A stretch of 63,519 bases of DNA, the filler included, from Chiloscyllium plagiosum (lineage: Eukaryota), in assembly GCF_004010195.1 (NCBI RefSeq). It is 6 parts of one record of this genome, joined end to end, with 100 filler letters (N's around TTAATTAATTAA, not from the genome) between each part and the next. Parts side by side here need not be neighbours in the genome. Positions count along the whole stretch, not along the records: positions 36,628 to 50,844 come from NC_057710.1; positions 50,945 to 59,990 come from NC_057710.1; positions 60,091 to 63,519 come from NC_057710.1; 3 more parts are not named here. One strand, 5' to 3'. Shown piece after piece: positions 50,479 to 63,290 of the stretch. Position 1 is the first letter of the stretch; every line of letters begins with the position of its first letter. The translations under genes and the position numbers were made by a program. The notes beneath the pieces are model-generated. The model searched no databases. It was given only the letters and a program-made list of their open reading frames with translations, and was not told the DNA's origin.

Positions 50479-52873
50479 GCTCTCGGTCAGATCCACCGAC
50501 ATCAAGCCGGTGTTCTTCTCTGACCACTGCCTCCTGCTGGCCAACTGTCACCTACAGGACGAGCAGCGGGCTGGTAAGGGAACGTGGAAGCTGAACACAA
50601 AGCTGTTGACCCCGGGAAACATTGAGGAGCTCAAGAGGGACTACGCAGGTTGGAGAACCGTGAAGCCCCTCTTTAAGTCCCCAGCGGACTGGTGGGAAAC
50701 AGTAAAAGGGAACATCAAGAGACTCTTCATCCTCAAAGGTGTTCAGGAGGCGACAGAGAGGCAGGGAAAACTGTCCCAACTTGAAAGCATGCAGAACCTG
50801 CTCCTGCTGCAAACGATGGGGGTGGATGTCACGGAGGACCTCAANNNNNNNNNNNNNNNNNNNNNNNNNNNNNNNNNNNNNNNNNNNNTTAATTAATTAA
50901 NNNNNNNNNNNNNNNNNNNNNNNNNNNNNNNNNNNNNNNNNNNNCCTCCCTGTACATGGATGACGTCGCCGTTTTCTGCTCGGATCCGCTGTCCGTGCGC
51001 AGACTCATGTGCATATGTGACCAGTTCGAATGGGCCTCGGGGGCCAAGGTCAACTGGGGCAAGAGCGAGGCCATGGTTCGTGCGCAGACTCATGTGCATT
51101 TGTGACCAGTTCGAATGGGCCTCGGGGGCCAAGGTCAACTGAGGCAAGAGCGAGGCCATGCTCTTCGGGAACTGGGCCGACCAATCCTCGATCCCCTTCA
51201 CCGTCAGGACCCACCACCTGAAGGTGCTGGGTATTTGATTTGGGGGGGCTGGGGCGTGCGCCAAGTCTTGGGAGGAGCGTATCAGCAAAGTGAGGCAGAT
51301 CGGCAGATGGAAGCTACGGTCACTCTCCATCACAGGAAAAAGCCTGGTCATCAGGTGTGAGGCACTGTCATTGCTGTTATACGTGGCACAGGTCTGGCCT
51401 ATTCCCAGAACCTGTGCCGCTGCAGTCACCCGGGCCATCTTCCAATTTATATGGAGGTCAAAGATGGACCGGGTCCGAAGGGACTCGCTGTACAAAGATC
51501 TGGGCAACGGGGGAAAAAGTACACCCAATGCCACCCTCACCTTGATGGCCACCTTTGTGTGTGGCTGCATCAAGCTGTGTGTGGATCCTGGTACGCAAAC
51601 ACCAAGTGTCACTACGTACTGAGGTTCTACCTGTCCCCAGTGTTGCGAAGGACGGGCCTGGCCTCGCTGCCGTGGAACGCTCCGAGTACTTGGACCGTTC
51701 CGTATCACCTGTCCTTCGTGGAGAAATTTATGAAGAAAAACACCTTTGACCACAAGTCCATCAGGAAGTGGTCAGCACATAGTGTCCTTGAGACCCTTCG
51801 GGAAAAGGAGAGGGCAGATCCTGTCGAGCAGTTCCCTGGGCAGACTGTCAAAGCCATTTGGCAGAATGCCTCATCACCAGAACTTTCCAACAAGCGCCAA
51901 AACATGGCTTGGCTGGTGGTGAGAAGGGCTCTGCCTGTGAGATCCTTTATGCACACCCGGACTCTCAGCCGCACCGCACGCTGCCCTCGAAGTGGCTGTG
52001 CGGGGGGGGCGAGTCTGTCACACACCTTCTTCTGGAATGTGCCTACACAAAGGAAGTCTGGAGAGGAATGCAGTGGTGTTTGTTGATGTTCGTCCCAAGC
52101 AGCTCCGTGACGCAGGACTCCATGCTCTACAGCCTGTTCCTCAGGACGCACACAGAGACGAACATCAACTGTGCCTGGAGGCTCATCAACTCGGTGAAGG
52201 ATGCTCTTTGGCCTGTCCGAAACCTGTTGATCTTCCAGCTGAAAGAGTTTACCCCAACTGAGTGTTGCAGACTGGCACATTCCAAGGTCCAGGACTATGT
52301 GTTGAGGGACGCGCTGAAGCTTGGTGCAGCTGCCGCCAAGGCGAAGTCTGGAGAGGAATGCAGTGGTGTTTGTTGATGTTCATCCCAAGCAGCTCCGTGA
52401 CGCAGGACTCCATGCTCTACGTCCTGTTCCTCAGGACGCACACAGAGACATACGTCAACTGTGCCTGGAGGCTCATCAACTCGGTGAAGGACGCTCTCTG
52501 GGTGGTCCGAAACCTGCTGATCTTCCAGCTGAAGGAGTTTACCCCAACTGAGTGTTGCAGACTGGCACATTCCAACGTCCAGGACTATGTGTTGAGGGAC
52601 GCGCTGAAGCTTGGGGCAGCTGCCGCCAAGGCGTGGTGGGGAAAGACCACTGTGTAACATCTGCCTGCCTAAGAACAGGGGGCCCACACAGTAATTGAGC
52701 TCCACTGATGTCTCAGCTAAACATCTGGATGGTTAACATGCAGACTTGTATATACAAATGATTAAGTCCGATCTCTGTACGTAAAGAAATGCAATGTACG
52801 CATATGAACGGCATCACCTATTGTATAGATACCAAATATTTTTATGAATAAAGTATATTTTTGAAATGAAAAA
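50479..52873 (+). mobile_element. Tx1-clade (L1) LINE, ORF2 and 3' UTR, frameshifted
   Basis: FFSDHCLL and GKGTWKLN (APE end), YMDD at 50953, CPRSGC..ESVTHLLLEC zinc finger, AATAAA plus A-tail; tandem duplications of 85 and 290 bp. Confidence 0.93.
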
Positions 52874-53039
52874 TAACCCCTTCTTCACCATCCTGTCCAG
52901 TTGTGATTCCACCTTCAAGGAACTATGAACGTGCACCTCAAGCTCCATTTGTTTGGCAGCACGCCCCAGGACCTTAACATTAACTGTAAGGTGTTCAAGC
53001 TCTAAGATTATTGAATTTGATATTGAGACCTGAAGGCTG

Positions 53040-54125
53040 CAAGGTCCCCAAGAGAAGGATGATTAATACAAAGGAAGGGGTGACTCAAATTCAGGAAACC
53101 AGGATGGTTTGGATGGAGATGAGAAATGATAAAGCCAAGAAGTGACTTGTGAAAGTGTTCTACATGGCCCCTAACACATTCTCAGATGGAGTGTAAAGGA
53201 AGAAATAATGCGAACTTGTCAGAATGCTACAGTGATGGAAACGATAAACTACATAAAGGCTGGAAATATCAGACGAGAAAATGAGGTCTAGAACATGAGT
53301 TCAGGGAATGTTTTTGGGATAGTTTCTCAGAACAATTCATTTTGGAGCCAATGTTAGAGCAGGCTATACTAGACCTGGCATTGTGCAATGGGATAGGATT
53401 AGTTAGTGACCTCATAGTGAAGGAACCCATAGGCAGAGTGACATAATGTGATTGCACTTTTGTTTGGTTTGAGGGAGAGATGTGTCAGTCTAAGCTTAGT
53501 ATTTTCAACTTAAATAAGGGCAATTATGAGGGCATGAAAGCTCCAGCTAGGTAACGTGAAATTAAGTTAAGGAATAGATACAATATGATGCAGTGGCAGA
53601 CATTAAAGGAGATATTTCAGAATATACAGAATAGATACATTTCAACAAGAAAGAGAAATGTGAAGAGGAGGACCCATCTTTGGTGAAGTTAAAAAGTTAA
53701 AGATAGCATCAATTGTTTTTAGATCTGATATTTACCTAAAAATGTACGGCAGGTTAGAAAGTTGGATAAAATATAAAACACAACAAAATTCCTTGCTTTT
53801 AAAAAAACAATTCAGAGCATGAGAGAAATTTAATTAGAAATATAAAAACAAATTGTAAAAGTTTCTATAGAAATTTCCTAAAAGAAGTTAACAAAGTGAG
53901 TGGTGGTCCTATAGAAAGTGAGTCTGGGCAATTAATAACAGTAATAATGGAAAGTATGGAGATGGCAGATGAACTGAATAGATATTCTACAAAGGACTTC
54001 ACAATAGAGGATGCTACTAAAATCCCAGACATTATTGTAAAGCAGGAAATGCAAAGGAGTGAGCAACTTGAGAAAATTACAATCACTGGGGAAATGGGAC
54101 TGACTCCTGGTTGGAGTTGTAACTG
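53040..54125 (+). mobile_element. Old CR1 endonuclease/linker region
   Basis: gagcaggctatactagacctggcattgtgcaatg, gtgacataatgtgattg, MADELNRY. Confidence 0.7.
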
Positions 54126-54154
54126 ACTGGTTCCTAGGTCCTTGAGAAACACAA

Positions 54155-54600
54155 AAACATGGAAAATAGGAACAGCAGGAGGCCATTTTGACCTTCAAGC
54201 CTGCTCCACTATTCAATATGAGCACAGCTAATCATCCAACTCAGTACCCCATAACCTTTGGCCCTTAGAACCATATCTAACTGCTTCTTGAAAACATTCA
54301 CTGCTTTGACCTTTAGCATTTTTGTGGCAGAGAATTACACAAGCTCATCACTCTCGGGGTAAAGACATTTCTCCTCATTTTCAGACTTAAATGACCAATC
54401 CTGTATTTCTAAACTGTGACCCCCTAGTTCTGAGATCCCCAATCATCAGGAACATCCTTTTCTGTGTTTATCCTGCTTAGTCCTGCTAGAATTTTATAGG
54501 CTTCTATGAGTTCTCTGTTCTTTCTACCAAACCCCAGTGAACATTGTCCTAACCAGTCCAGTCTCTCTTCATACTTCAACCCTGCTCTTCCAGGAATTAG
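54155..54600 (-). mobile_element. Old CR1 3' end
   Basis: LIPGRAGLKYEERLDWLG...ELIEAYKIL. Confidence 0.75.
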
Positions 54601-55561
54601 GAACTTGAGTAACATAGATAGGAGAGGTTGGGACTGTTCTCCTGGAAGAAGAGAAGATTGAGAAGATTGGTCCTAATGAACTTCTTCCAAGGGACTTAAA
54701 AGTAATGGCTACTTAGATAACTGATGCATTGGTTCCAATTTTCCACAGATCCCCTGATTTCAGGAAGACACCATTAGTTGAAAAATAAGAGGTCTAACTC
54801 ACTTTTATAAAGAAGTGACTTGTGACAGTGTTCTACATTAAGCAGAACATTGCTAGAGCTGGAGTTGAGCTTGGTGAGCAAGGTCAGGAAACTTATAGCT
54901 GCTGTCCACTCATCTCCAGTCAAATTTAAGGTGAAAAGCTGCTCACTTATGCATTTCTATTTGCTCTTAAGCTTTAGAGATTGTCCTGGCATTGAAGAGG
55001 ACAAATGAGGCAACCAGATGGTGCTGGCTGGGAAGCCAGAGCAGCTGCAGTGAATAGATGAAGTCTGTGCCAGAGCCTGTGTGCTGGTGGAGTTACTGGC
55101 AGCTCAGTGGACAGTAAGTAGGTCAAGCTGCAGTGAGTGGGTTGCTATTGTTCAACTTTGTTAGAAACTGGCAATTTCACTGCTTCAGGGAGTTCTTCAG
55201 CAAAACTGTAACAACCAAGCAGTAAACAGCCAGTCACATGCCAACATTGATATATTGAGCCCTCTGTGATAGATCACAGAGGCGTAGAAAAGAAAGTGGC
55301 TTAAGGCCACAGTTACATCAACCATGGCCTTAACAAATGGTCAAACAGGCTTGAGGGTCCAAAGGGTCAACTCCTGCTCCTAACTTGTATGATCATATAC
55401 ATGTACCAGATCCTTGGATACAATTGGGTGCCTTTAGCATATGTATGGACATTAATGCTGTCATCTTTATTTGGACCAATTCCAGGAGGTTTAAACTCAT
55501 CACCAATAACTCTGTCCAGTGAAATGCTTTCACATTGTAGGAACTCTGTGATTCTATATAA

Positions 55562-56015
55562 ATTGATTGATTGATTGATTGGCCGACTGATTGTCATTTG
55601 TACCTAAGTACTGCGAAAAACTTTGTTAATGAGCAGTACAGGCAGATCATAGTAAGCAAGGATGTCTTGATCATGGGGTGAAAAGAAAAAAAAGCAAGGA
55701 TAGAGGCATTCAGGGTACATCACACAGGGTCTGCGCTGGCAAGATCAACATTAGCAAGATCAGCATTATTTAAAGTCAGAGAGGCCACTTATCAGTGTAA
55801 TAATGGTAGGCATGAAGCTGTTCCTGAACCTGCTGGTGTGTGTTCAAACTTCTGTATCTTCTGCCTAACAAAGAGGTTGTACTTAGGTGTGATGAGTCTT
55901 TGACGATGTTGGCAACGTTTCCACAGCAATGGGCTGTGTAAATGGAGTCCAGGAATGGAAGGTTGGCTTCTGTGATGGTCTGGGCTGTGCACACAAACTT
56001 CTGTAGTTTCTTATG
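55562..56015 (-). mobile_element. Rex1/Babar LINE 3' end
   Basis: LGRRYRSLNT; (gatt)n tail; homologous to 46632-46952. Confidence 0.75.
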
Positions 56016-56054
56016 GTCCTAAATACTGTGTTATACAAGCAGACCAGAAACAGA

Positions 56055-56460
56055 GAAGCAAGTAACTCACCTCCTGACTCCCCAGTGTCTGTCTGCCATC
56101 TACAAGGGACAAGGCAGGAGTGTGATGGCATATTCCCCATTTTGCCTGGATGAGTGCAGCTCCAACAACACTCAAGAAGCTCAACATTATCTATGGGAAA
56201 AGCAGCCTGCTTGATTGGTACTTTACCCACCAGATTTCACACCTACTTCTTCCACAGTGGGAACAGGGTCACATCGACAGGATGCGCTGCAGCAACTCCT
56301 CAAGGCACTTTTGGCAGCATCTCCCAAACCAAGACCCTGAACATAACAGGCAAGTGGAAATACCATCACTTGCAAGTCCCTTTCCAAGACACACACCAGG
56401 AACTATATCGCTGTTCCTTTCATGTCAAAATCCTGGAACACCCTTCCCAAAAGCACTGTG
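56055..56460 (+). mobile_element. CR1/L2-group LINE C-terminal fragment
   Basis: IYKGQGRSVMAYSP...WMSAAPTTLKKLNII..KAACLIG. Confidence 0.65.
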
Positions 56461-56545
56461 ATTACATTAGCTAAACAGTGAGATAACCTGGGTTATAAAC
56501 CTTAAAGGTAGCACAGCAGCTGATAAGGATGGGTAAAAAGTGTAA

Positions 56546-56677
56546 AGTTAAAAATCACACATCACCAGGTTATAGTCCGAAAGCTAGTGCTTCCAATTAA
56601 ACCTGTTGGACTATAACCTGATGTTGTGTGATTTTTAACTTTGTCCACCCCAGTTCAACACCGGCATCTCCAAATCA
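56546..56677. mobile_element. Short fold-back PLE terminus
   Basis: Inverted repeat aaagttaaaaatcacacatcaccaggttatagtcc; TSD taaaaagtgtaa at 56534-56545 and 56678-56689; half hammerhead cGAAAGCTA. Confidence 0.85.
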
Positions 56678-56705
56678 TAAAAAGTGTAAGGGTTACTTGC
56701 ATTTC

Positions 56706-57280
56706 TGGCAAGATGGCGGCGGAGTAAGACACCTCAGCTAGAGCTCTGTCTGTCCCTTTTCTTTCTTTTTCTCTCTCTTTTTCTCTCCCCTTAGCCCCAG
56801 AGGCAAATCCTGGAGCAACAGTGGGAGCGGGCAGTGAATCCCGGAGTAGCACGTGAGCGGCGAGTGCTGGGGGGGCGACCAACGTGAGGGAGGGAGTCCT
56901 GGAACTTACCTTGGAGCAGCTGAGTACCGGAACAGAGCAGACTGGAGCCTTGGAGTGAAGTGGGGATGGCTGTTGGACTGCAGTCTGGCACGGGTGGTCA
57001 GGTGACCTGCAGAGGCTCTGCACTGAGCTGCTACAATGTAATGTTTATTTGAAATTTTTTACCTGACTGTAATTTCAATCCTTTAATGATGTTCCATTTC
57101 TAACTTATTTTTCAAACTCTGTAAAATAATGCAACTACTTTTTGATTCCTCTTTTGTATCCAATATTTGTACTGAGGTACTTGAATCTAAGATGGCGCCA
57201 TAAGAGACAGACATTGTAAAAGCTTTTCATTGTACTTTTACAATGGAGTACATGTGACAATAAAGGATGTTCTACTCTAA
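56706..57280 (+). mobile_element. Non-coding retroposon with GC-rich head and Rex1/Babar-type tail
   Basis: Head aagatggcggcggagtaagac; tail aaagcttttcattgtac...gtacatgtgacaataaa matches the Rex1 tail at 46645-46685 (minus). Confidence 0.55.
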
Positions 57281-57367
57281 GGTTTATTAATAGAAAAACA
57301 GAATATAAAAGACACATACAGTACGAGATACAAAATCAAAAATATTTTAGATGCTAACATCTAAAAT

Positions 57368-59323
57368 AATGGTTTACTAAAGAAGTTGAAGCTCTTGTCA
57401 AGAGGAAGAGGAAGGCTTATGTGAGGATGAGGCATGAAGCCTCAGTTAGGGGCCTTGGGAGTTATAAGTTAGCCAGAAAAGATCTGAAGAGAGGGCTAAG
57501 AAGAGCCAGGAGGGGACATGAGAAGTTTTTGGTGGATAGGATCAAGGAAAACCCTAAGGCCTTCTATATGGGATATCAGGAATAAAAGAGTAAGATTAGG
57601 GCCAATCAAAGATCGTAGTGGCAAGTTGTGTGTGGTATCTGAGGACATAGGACATTCGCTTAACGAATACTTTTCATCAGTATTCACATTGGAAAAGGGG
57701 GATGCTAGTGAGAATACGGAGATCTGGGCTACAAGATTAGATGGGATTGAGGTTGAAAAAGAGGAGGTTTTACCAATTATGGAAGATCTGAAAATAGATA
57801 AGACCCCTAGGCTGGATGGGATTTATCCTCGGATTCTCTGGGAAGCCAGTGAGGAGATTGCAGAGCCTTTGGCTTCGGTCTTTATGTCATCATTGTCAAC
57901 AGGAGCAGTGCCAGAAGACTGGAGGATAGCAAATTGTTCCCTTGTTTAAGGAGGGGAGTTGGGACAATCCTGGTAATTATAGAGCAGTAAAACTTACTTC
58001 AGTTGTGGGTAGCTGTTGGAAAAGATTATAAGATATAGGATTTACAATAATCTGGAAAGGAATAATTTGATTAGGGATAGTCAACATGGTTTTGTGAAGG
58101 GTAAGTCATGCCTCACTAACGTTATTGAGTTCTTTGAGAAGGTGACAAAACAGGTGGATGAAGGTAAAGTGGTTGATGTGGTCTATGTGGACTTTAGTAA
58201 GGCATTTGATAGGGTTCCACATGGTAGGCTATTGCACAAAATACGGAGTTTCGGGATTGAAGGTAATTTAGCAGTTTAGATCAGAAATTGGCTAGCAGAA
58301 AGAAGACAGAGGGTGGTAATTGATGGGAAATGTTCATCCTGGAGCTCGGTTACCAGTGGTGTTCCGCAAGGATCTGTTGTGGGGCCACTGCTGTTCGTTA
58401 TTTTTATAAATGATCTGGAGGTGGGCGTAGAAGGATGGGTTTGTAAGTTTGAGGATGTCACTAAGGTAGGCAGAGTTGTGGATAGTGCCAAAGGATGTTG
58501 TGGGTTACAGAGGGACATAGATAAGTTACAGAGCTGGGCTGATTAGTGGCAATGGGGTTTAATGCAGAAGAGTTGTGATGTAGATCATTTCAGAAGAAGT
58601 AACAGGAAGGCAGAGTATTAGGCTAATGGTGAAATTCTTGGCAGTGTAGATGAACAGAGAGATCTCAGTGTCCAGGTGCATAAATCCCTGAAAGTTGCCA
58701 CCCAGGTTGATAGGGTTGTTCAGAAGGCCTGTGGTGTGTTGGTGTTTATTGGTAGGGGGATTGAGTTTCGGAGCCACAAGGTAATGCTTCAGCTGTACAA
58801 GACACTGGTAAGGCTGCAGTTCTGGTCACTGCATTTTAAGAAGGATGTAGAAGCTTTGGAAAGGGTTCAGAGGAGATTTACTAGGATGTTGCCTGGTATG
58901 GAGGGAAGGTCTTACGAGGAAAGACTGAGGGAACTGAGGCTGTTTTTGTTGGAGAGAAGAAGGTTGAGAGGTGACTTAATAAAGACATATAAGATAATCA
59001 GAGGGTTATATAGGGTGACAGGGAGAGCCTTTTTCCTTGGATGGTGAAGGTTAACACGAGGGGACATAGCTTTAACTTGAGGGGTGGTAAATTTAGGACA
59101 GATATCAGGGTAGTTTCTTTACTCAGAGTAGTCGGGGTGTGGAACGGCCTGCCTGCAACAGTAGTCGACTCACCGACGTTAAGGGCATTTAAATGGGCAT
59201 TCGACAAACATCTGGATAATAATGGAACGGTATTGGTTAGATGGGCATCAGATTAATTTCACAGGTCGGTGCAACATCGAGGGCTGAAGGGCCTGTACTG
59301 CACTGTAACGTTCTATGTTCTGT
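57368..59323 (+). mobile_element. CR1 LINE ORF2 RT and 3' end
   Basis: SQHGFVKGKSCLTN, VDFSKAFDRVPH, GVPQGSVVGP, ttctatgttct tail. Confidence 0.95.
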
Positions 59324-59849
59324 GACATTTAACGCAAAGAAAATGCTGGAAATGCTCAGCAGATCCAACATAACAGTGGAGAGAGAAACAAAGTTAATGC
59401 TCCAGGTGACTTGCCAATCATCAGAACCTTAGGTTTTCAGTTCTGACATTGCTCTAAAATGGTTTTAATCAAATTGGCAAATGCTAACCAATGTGACTGA
59501 CAGATGGTCAATGATTCCTCCTTGTGTGTCTCCACCTCGCTGCAGCCTTTCTGATGACCATACCAAAGAATTTCAAAGTCCTGAACTGTAGGACAAGTAA
59601 TGTTCAGAACACACCCACAGGTGGCAGTGAGGGGGGCCTTCCCCAAATCCCTGAAATCTCCCAATCATGAGGGTGACCAATCAGAGAAAAGTCATTCCTC
59701 TCCCACGGACAGTCAGATTTCACGAGGAGCTGTTTCTCCAATTGCAGACTGGTCCTCTCTGGTGCAGTGACCTATCAACAGCGAATGTGGGAGAGACAAA
59801 ACCCATGAATGAGAAGCAATGGGCAGGTCAGGAAGGGAATTAGTGACAG

Positions 59850-59990
59850 CAGTGAGGGAGGGGCAGCAGTGAGGGAGGGGCAACAGTGAGGGAGGGGCAA
59901 CAGTGAGGGAGGGGCAGCAGTGAGGGAGGGGCAACAGTGAGGGAGGGGCAACAGTGAGGGAGGGGCAACAGTGAGGGAGTGGAAACAGTG
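59850..59990. repeat. 17-bp minisatellite (cagtgagggaggggcar), about 8 copies
   Basis: Direct reading; runs into a linker. Confidence 0.95.
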
Positions 59991-60090
59991 NNNNNNNNNN
60001 NNNNNNNNNNNNNNNNNNNNNNNNNNNNNNNNNNTTAATTAATTAANNNNNNNNNNNNNNNNNNNNNNNNNNNNNNNNNNNNNNNNNNNN

Positions 60091-63000
60091 CCGAACCAAA
60101 TACCCAGCACCTTCAGGTGGTCGGTCCTGATGGTGAAGGGGATGGAGGATTGGTCGGCCCAGTTCCCGAAGAGCATGGCCTCGCTCTTGCCTCGGTTTAC
60201 CTTGGCCCCCAAGGCCCGTTCGAACTGGTCATATATGCACATGAGTCTATGCACGGACAGCGGATCCGAGCAGAAACCGGTGGCGTCATCCATATACAGG
60301 GAGGCCTTAAACAGCAGGTCCCCGCTGCCAGGAATAGTCACCCCTCTCAGGCTTGCATCCTTCCTGATGGATTCAGCAAATGGCTCTATGCAGCACACAA
60401 ACAGGCAGGAGAGAGAGGGCAGCCCTGCCTGACTCCAGATCTGACTGGGAAGCTATCGGATTCCCACCCATTAATTGAGACTGCACTGACAATGTTGGTG
60501 TAGAACAGTCTGATCCAATTGCAGATTCCCTCCCCAAAGCCCATTTTGGAGAGAACATCTCTCAAATACCTGTGTGATATCCCGTCAAAGGCTTTCTCCT
60601 GGTCCAGGCTTGTCAGGCAGGTGTCCAACCCTCTGTCCTGCACGTAGGCGATCTTATCCCTGAGGAGTGCGAGACTCCCCCAGAGCAGACCTGACCCAGT
60701 TGGCGATTATCTTTGACAGAATTTTGTAGTACACATTCAACAGTGAGATTGGTCTCCAATTTTTGAGTTCCTCCCTCTCCCCCTTCCGTCGCTTCCGGGA
60801 GTTTTATTCTTTTCGAAGGACTCGAGGGCCTTGGTCAGCTCGTCCAGAGATAGCGGCTAGTCCAGCCTCTCCCGTGATCTGTCGTCTAAGACCTCCGTGA
60901 TAGAGGACGGGAACGACTGGGAGTCCGCGCTGTTGGTCGGCTTCGTGTCATACAGACTGGCATAGAAGGATTTGCTGATCCTCATGGCGTCAGCCTGAGA
61001 TGACGTTATGGAGCCATCTTCTTCCTTCAGGCTGCTGAGCATAGAGCTCTCTTTGTGCACCTTCCGGAGAAAAAACGTGAGCACGTCTCGTCCTGCTCCA
61101 CCGAGCGGATCCTAGACCGGAAGATTATCGTAGAGGTGTCCAAGGCAAAGAGCGAGGCTTGCTGGCCCTTCACCTCCTTGAGCTCCTCCGTGACATCGAC
61201 CCCCATCATCTGCAGCAGGAGCAGGTTCTGCATACTTTCCTGGAGCTGGGATAGTTTTCCCCGCCTCTCTCTCGCCTCCTGAACACCTTTGAGGATGAAG
61301 AACCTCTTGATGTTCCCTTTTACTGTTTCCCACCAGTCCGCTGGGGAATCAAAGATGGGCTTCACGGTTCTCCAACCTTCGTAGTCCCTCTTGAGCTCCT
61401 CAATGTTTCCAGGGGTCAACAGCTTTGTGTTCAGCTTCCACGTTCCCTTACCAGCCCGCTGCTCGTCCTGTAGGTGACAGTCAGGCAGCAGGAGGTAGTG
61501 GTCAGGGAAGAACACCGGCTTGACGTCGGTGGATCTGACCGAGAGCGTTCGGGACACCAACAGGTAATCTGTCCTTGAGCGGATAGACCCGTCTGCCCGT
61601 GACCAGGTGTATCTACGCTGCGCTTCGTCTGCAGGGGTGCTGAAGATGTCGTGCAGCTTGGCATCTTTTACCGTGTCCATCAGGGCTCTGATCGTGGTGT
61701 CCAGTTTACTGTCCCCCCCGCCGGATCGTCCATCTGCATCAATGATACAGTTGAAGTCTCCGGCCAGAATGACCGGCCTGGACGTAGCGAGCAACAGTGG
61801 AAGCTGCTGCAGGACGGCCAACCGTTCACTCCTACCCACTGGGGCGTACACATTAATCAGTCTCAGGGGAGCATTCCTGTACATGACGTCGGTGACGAGG
61901 AGGCGCCCGCCCACCACCTCCTTAACCTCGGAGATGGTGAAGTTGCCTCCTCGCAACAGGATACCCAGGACGGAGGCGCCATCGTGTAGCCGATTTGATG
62001 CTACGCACATTGATGCTGGCAATTTTTAACCACATTTTAACAGTTTACGAGGTTAACAGTGTCCATTTGCTGCTAATCTTGCCCCTGTGGGGTAGCTGTG
62101 TGCATCCCCATGGTGACAACAAACTGCTGGACCCTCCCAGGGCTGAGGTAGCTGTCCAGCTCCACGCTGGAGCCATTTCCCCGCTCTGGTGTCTTTGGGT
62201 CGGGCCCAGGGTCCGCAGCGTCCAGTTCTCCATCTGACAGCGGGGCTGTCACAGGACCGCTGCTCCCAGTTACCAGGAGCTATGGGCCGGTGGTTACCTC
62301 TTGGTTCTCACCGGGTGGGGGGAGGCCTTTACCCATCCCCTCAGAGGGATCGTCTTTTCCTGCTTGGGCGGTGCTGCCCTCCTTTTTCCCCACGGCACTC
62401 TGACTCTTCCTCTGGTGACAACCCTCCTTGCGCCCGTCCTCACCATCGGAAGAGCTGCCTATATCCTTGTCGTGTCGGTGTCGCTTCCCCCTTTGCTAGG
62501 TGGCTTTGGGGCCCTTGAGAGGTTTCCTCTTCCTGCCTTTGACAGTAATCTAATCCTCTGCCTCCTTTGATCCCTCCTCTTCCATTTCCTCCGTCTGTCT
62601 TGAAGGAGCTTGGATCGGCTGCTGCATCTCCCCGCAGTCTGCCGTCTGCTCCGCTACAGCCTGCCCTTCCTTCTGGGTGCCTCTGGATACCATTCCCATG
62701 CTGTTTTGTGGTACCTTGCTGGTCTTAGGCGGTCCACAGCTCGTGTTGCCACCTCCGACCATCTGTGCGTAGGTGGCGGCCCCTCGTCTTGGGCAGGCCT
62801 TGTACATGTGGCCCGCCTCTCCGCACAGATTACAGTTTCTTGGCCTCCTTACAGTCCTTGGTTGAGTGGCCTTCCTGCTTGCAGTTTCGGCAGACGGTCA
62901 CCTTACAATCCGCTGCCATGTGGCCTGACCTCCCGCAGGTTCAGCACACTTTCGTCTGCTCTGCGTACGTCAGGTAACCTCTGCTTCCTCCGATGCCAAA

Positions 63001-63290
63001 GCTGGAGGATGGGTGGAGGATGTTCCCACTGGCATCGGCCCTAAGGGTTACCCTGATCTGTCGTTTGCTGGTCCAGATCCCGAAAGGATCAACCACATCA
63101 GTACTCTCTCCCTCGACCTGGACGTATCTTCTCAAAAAGGTCAGTTCATCTGCTGCTTGCTGTTCAAGATGGAGAACAAAGGTTCCCCTTCCTTCTCCTT
63201 GAAGACCTTCAGGAGCTGCTCACAATTCTTCACACTCCTGAAGGTCACGTCAAAATAGCCTGCCGCAGGGAAATCTTGCAGGCAGTACAC
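60091..63290 (-). mobile_element. Tx1-clade LINE with ORF1 (three CCHC knuckles) and ORF2 (APE-RT), decayed
   Basis: ORF1 C*TCGRSGHMAADC, CRNCKQEGHSTKDC, CNLCGEAGHMYKAC; ORF2 LINVYAP, LAGDFNCI, LDQEKAFD, GVRQGCPLSP, YMDD. Confidence 0.95.

Noticed and set aside
59850..59990. Regular short repeats as a CRISPR array
   Set aside because: No unique spacers and eukaryotic context; simple minisatellite (likewise 12988-13560)
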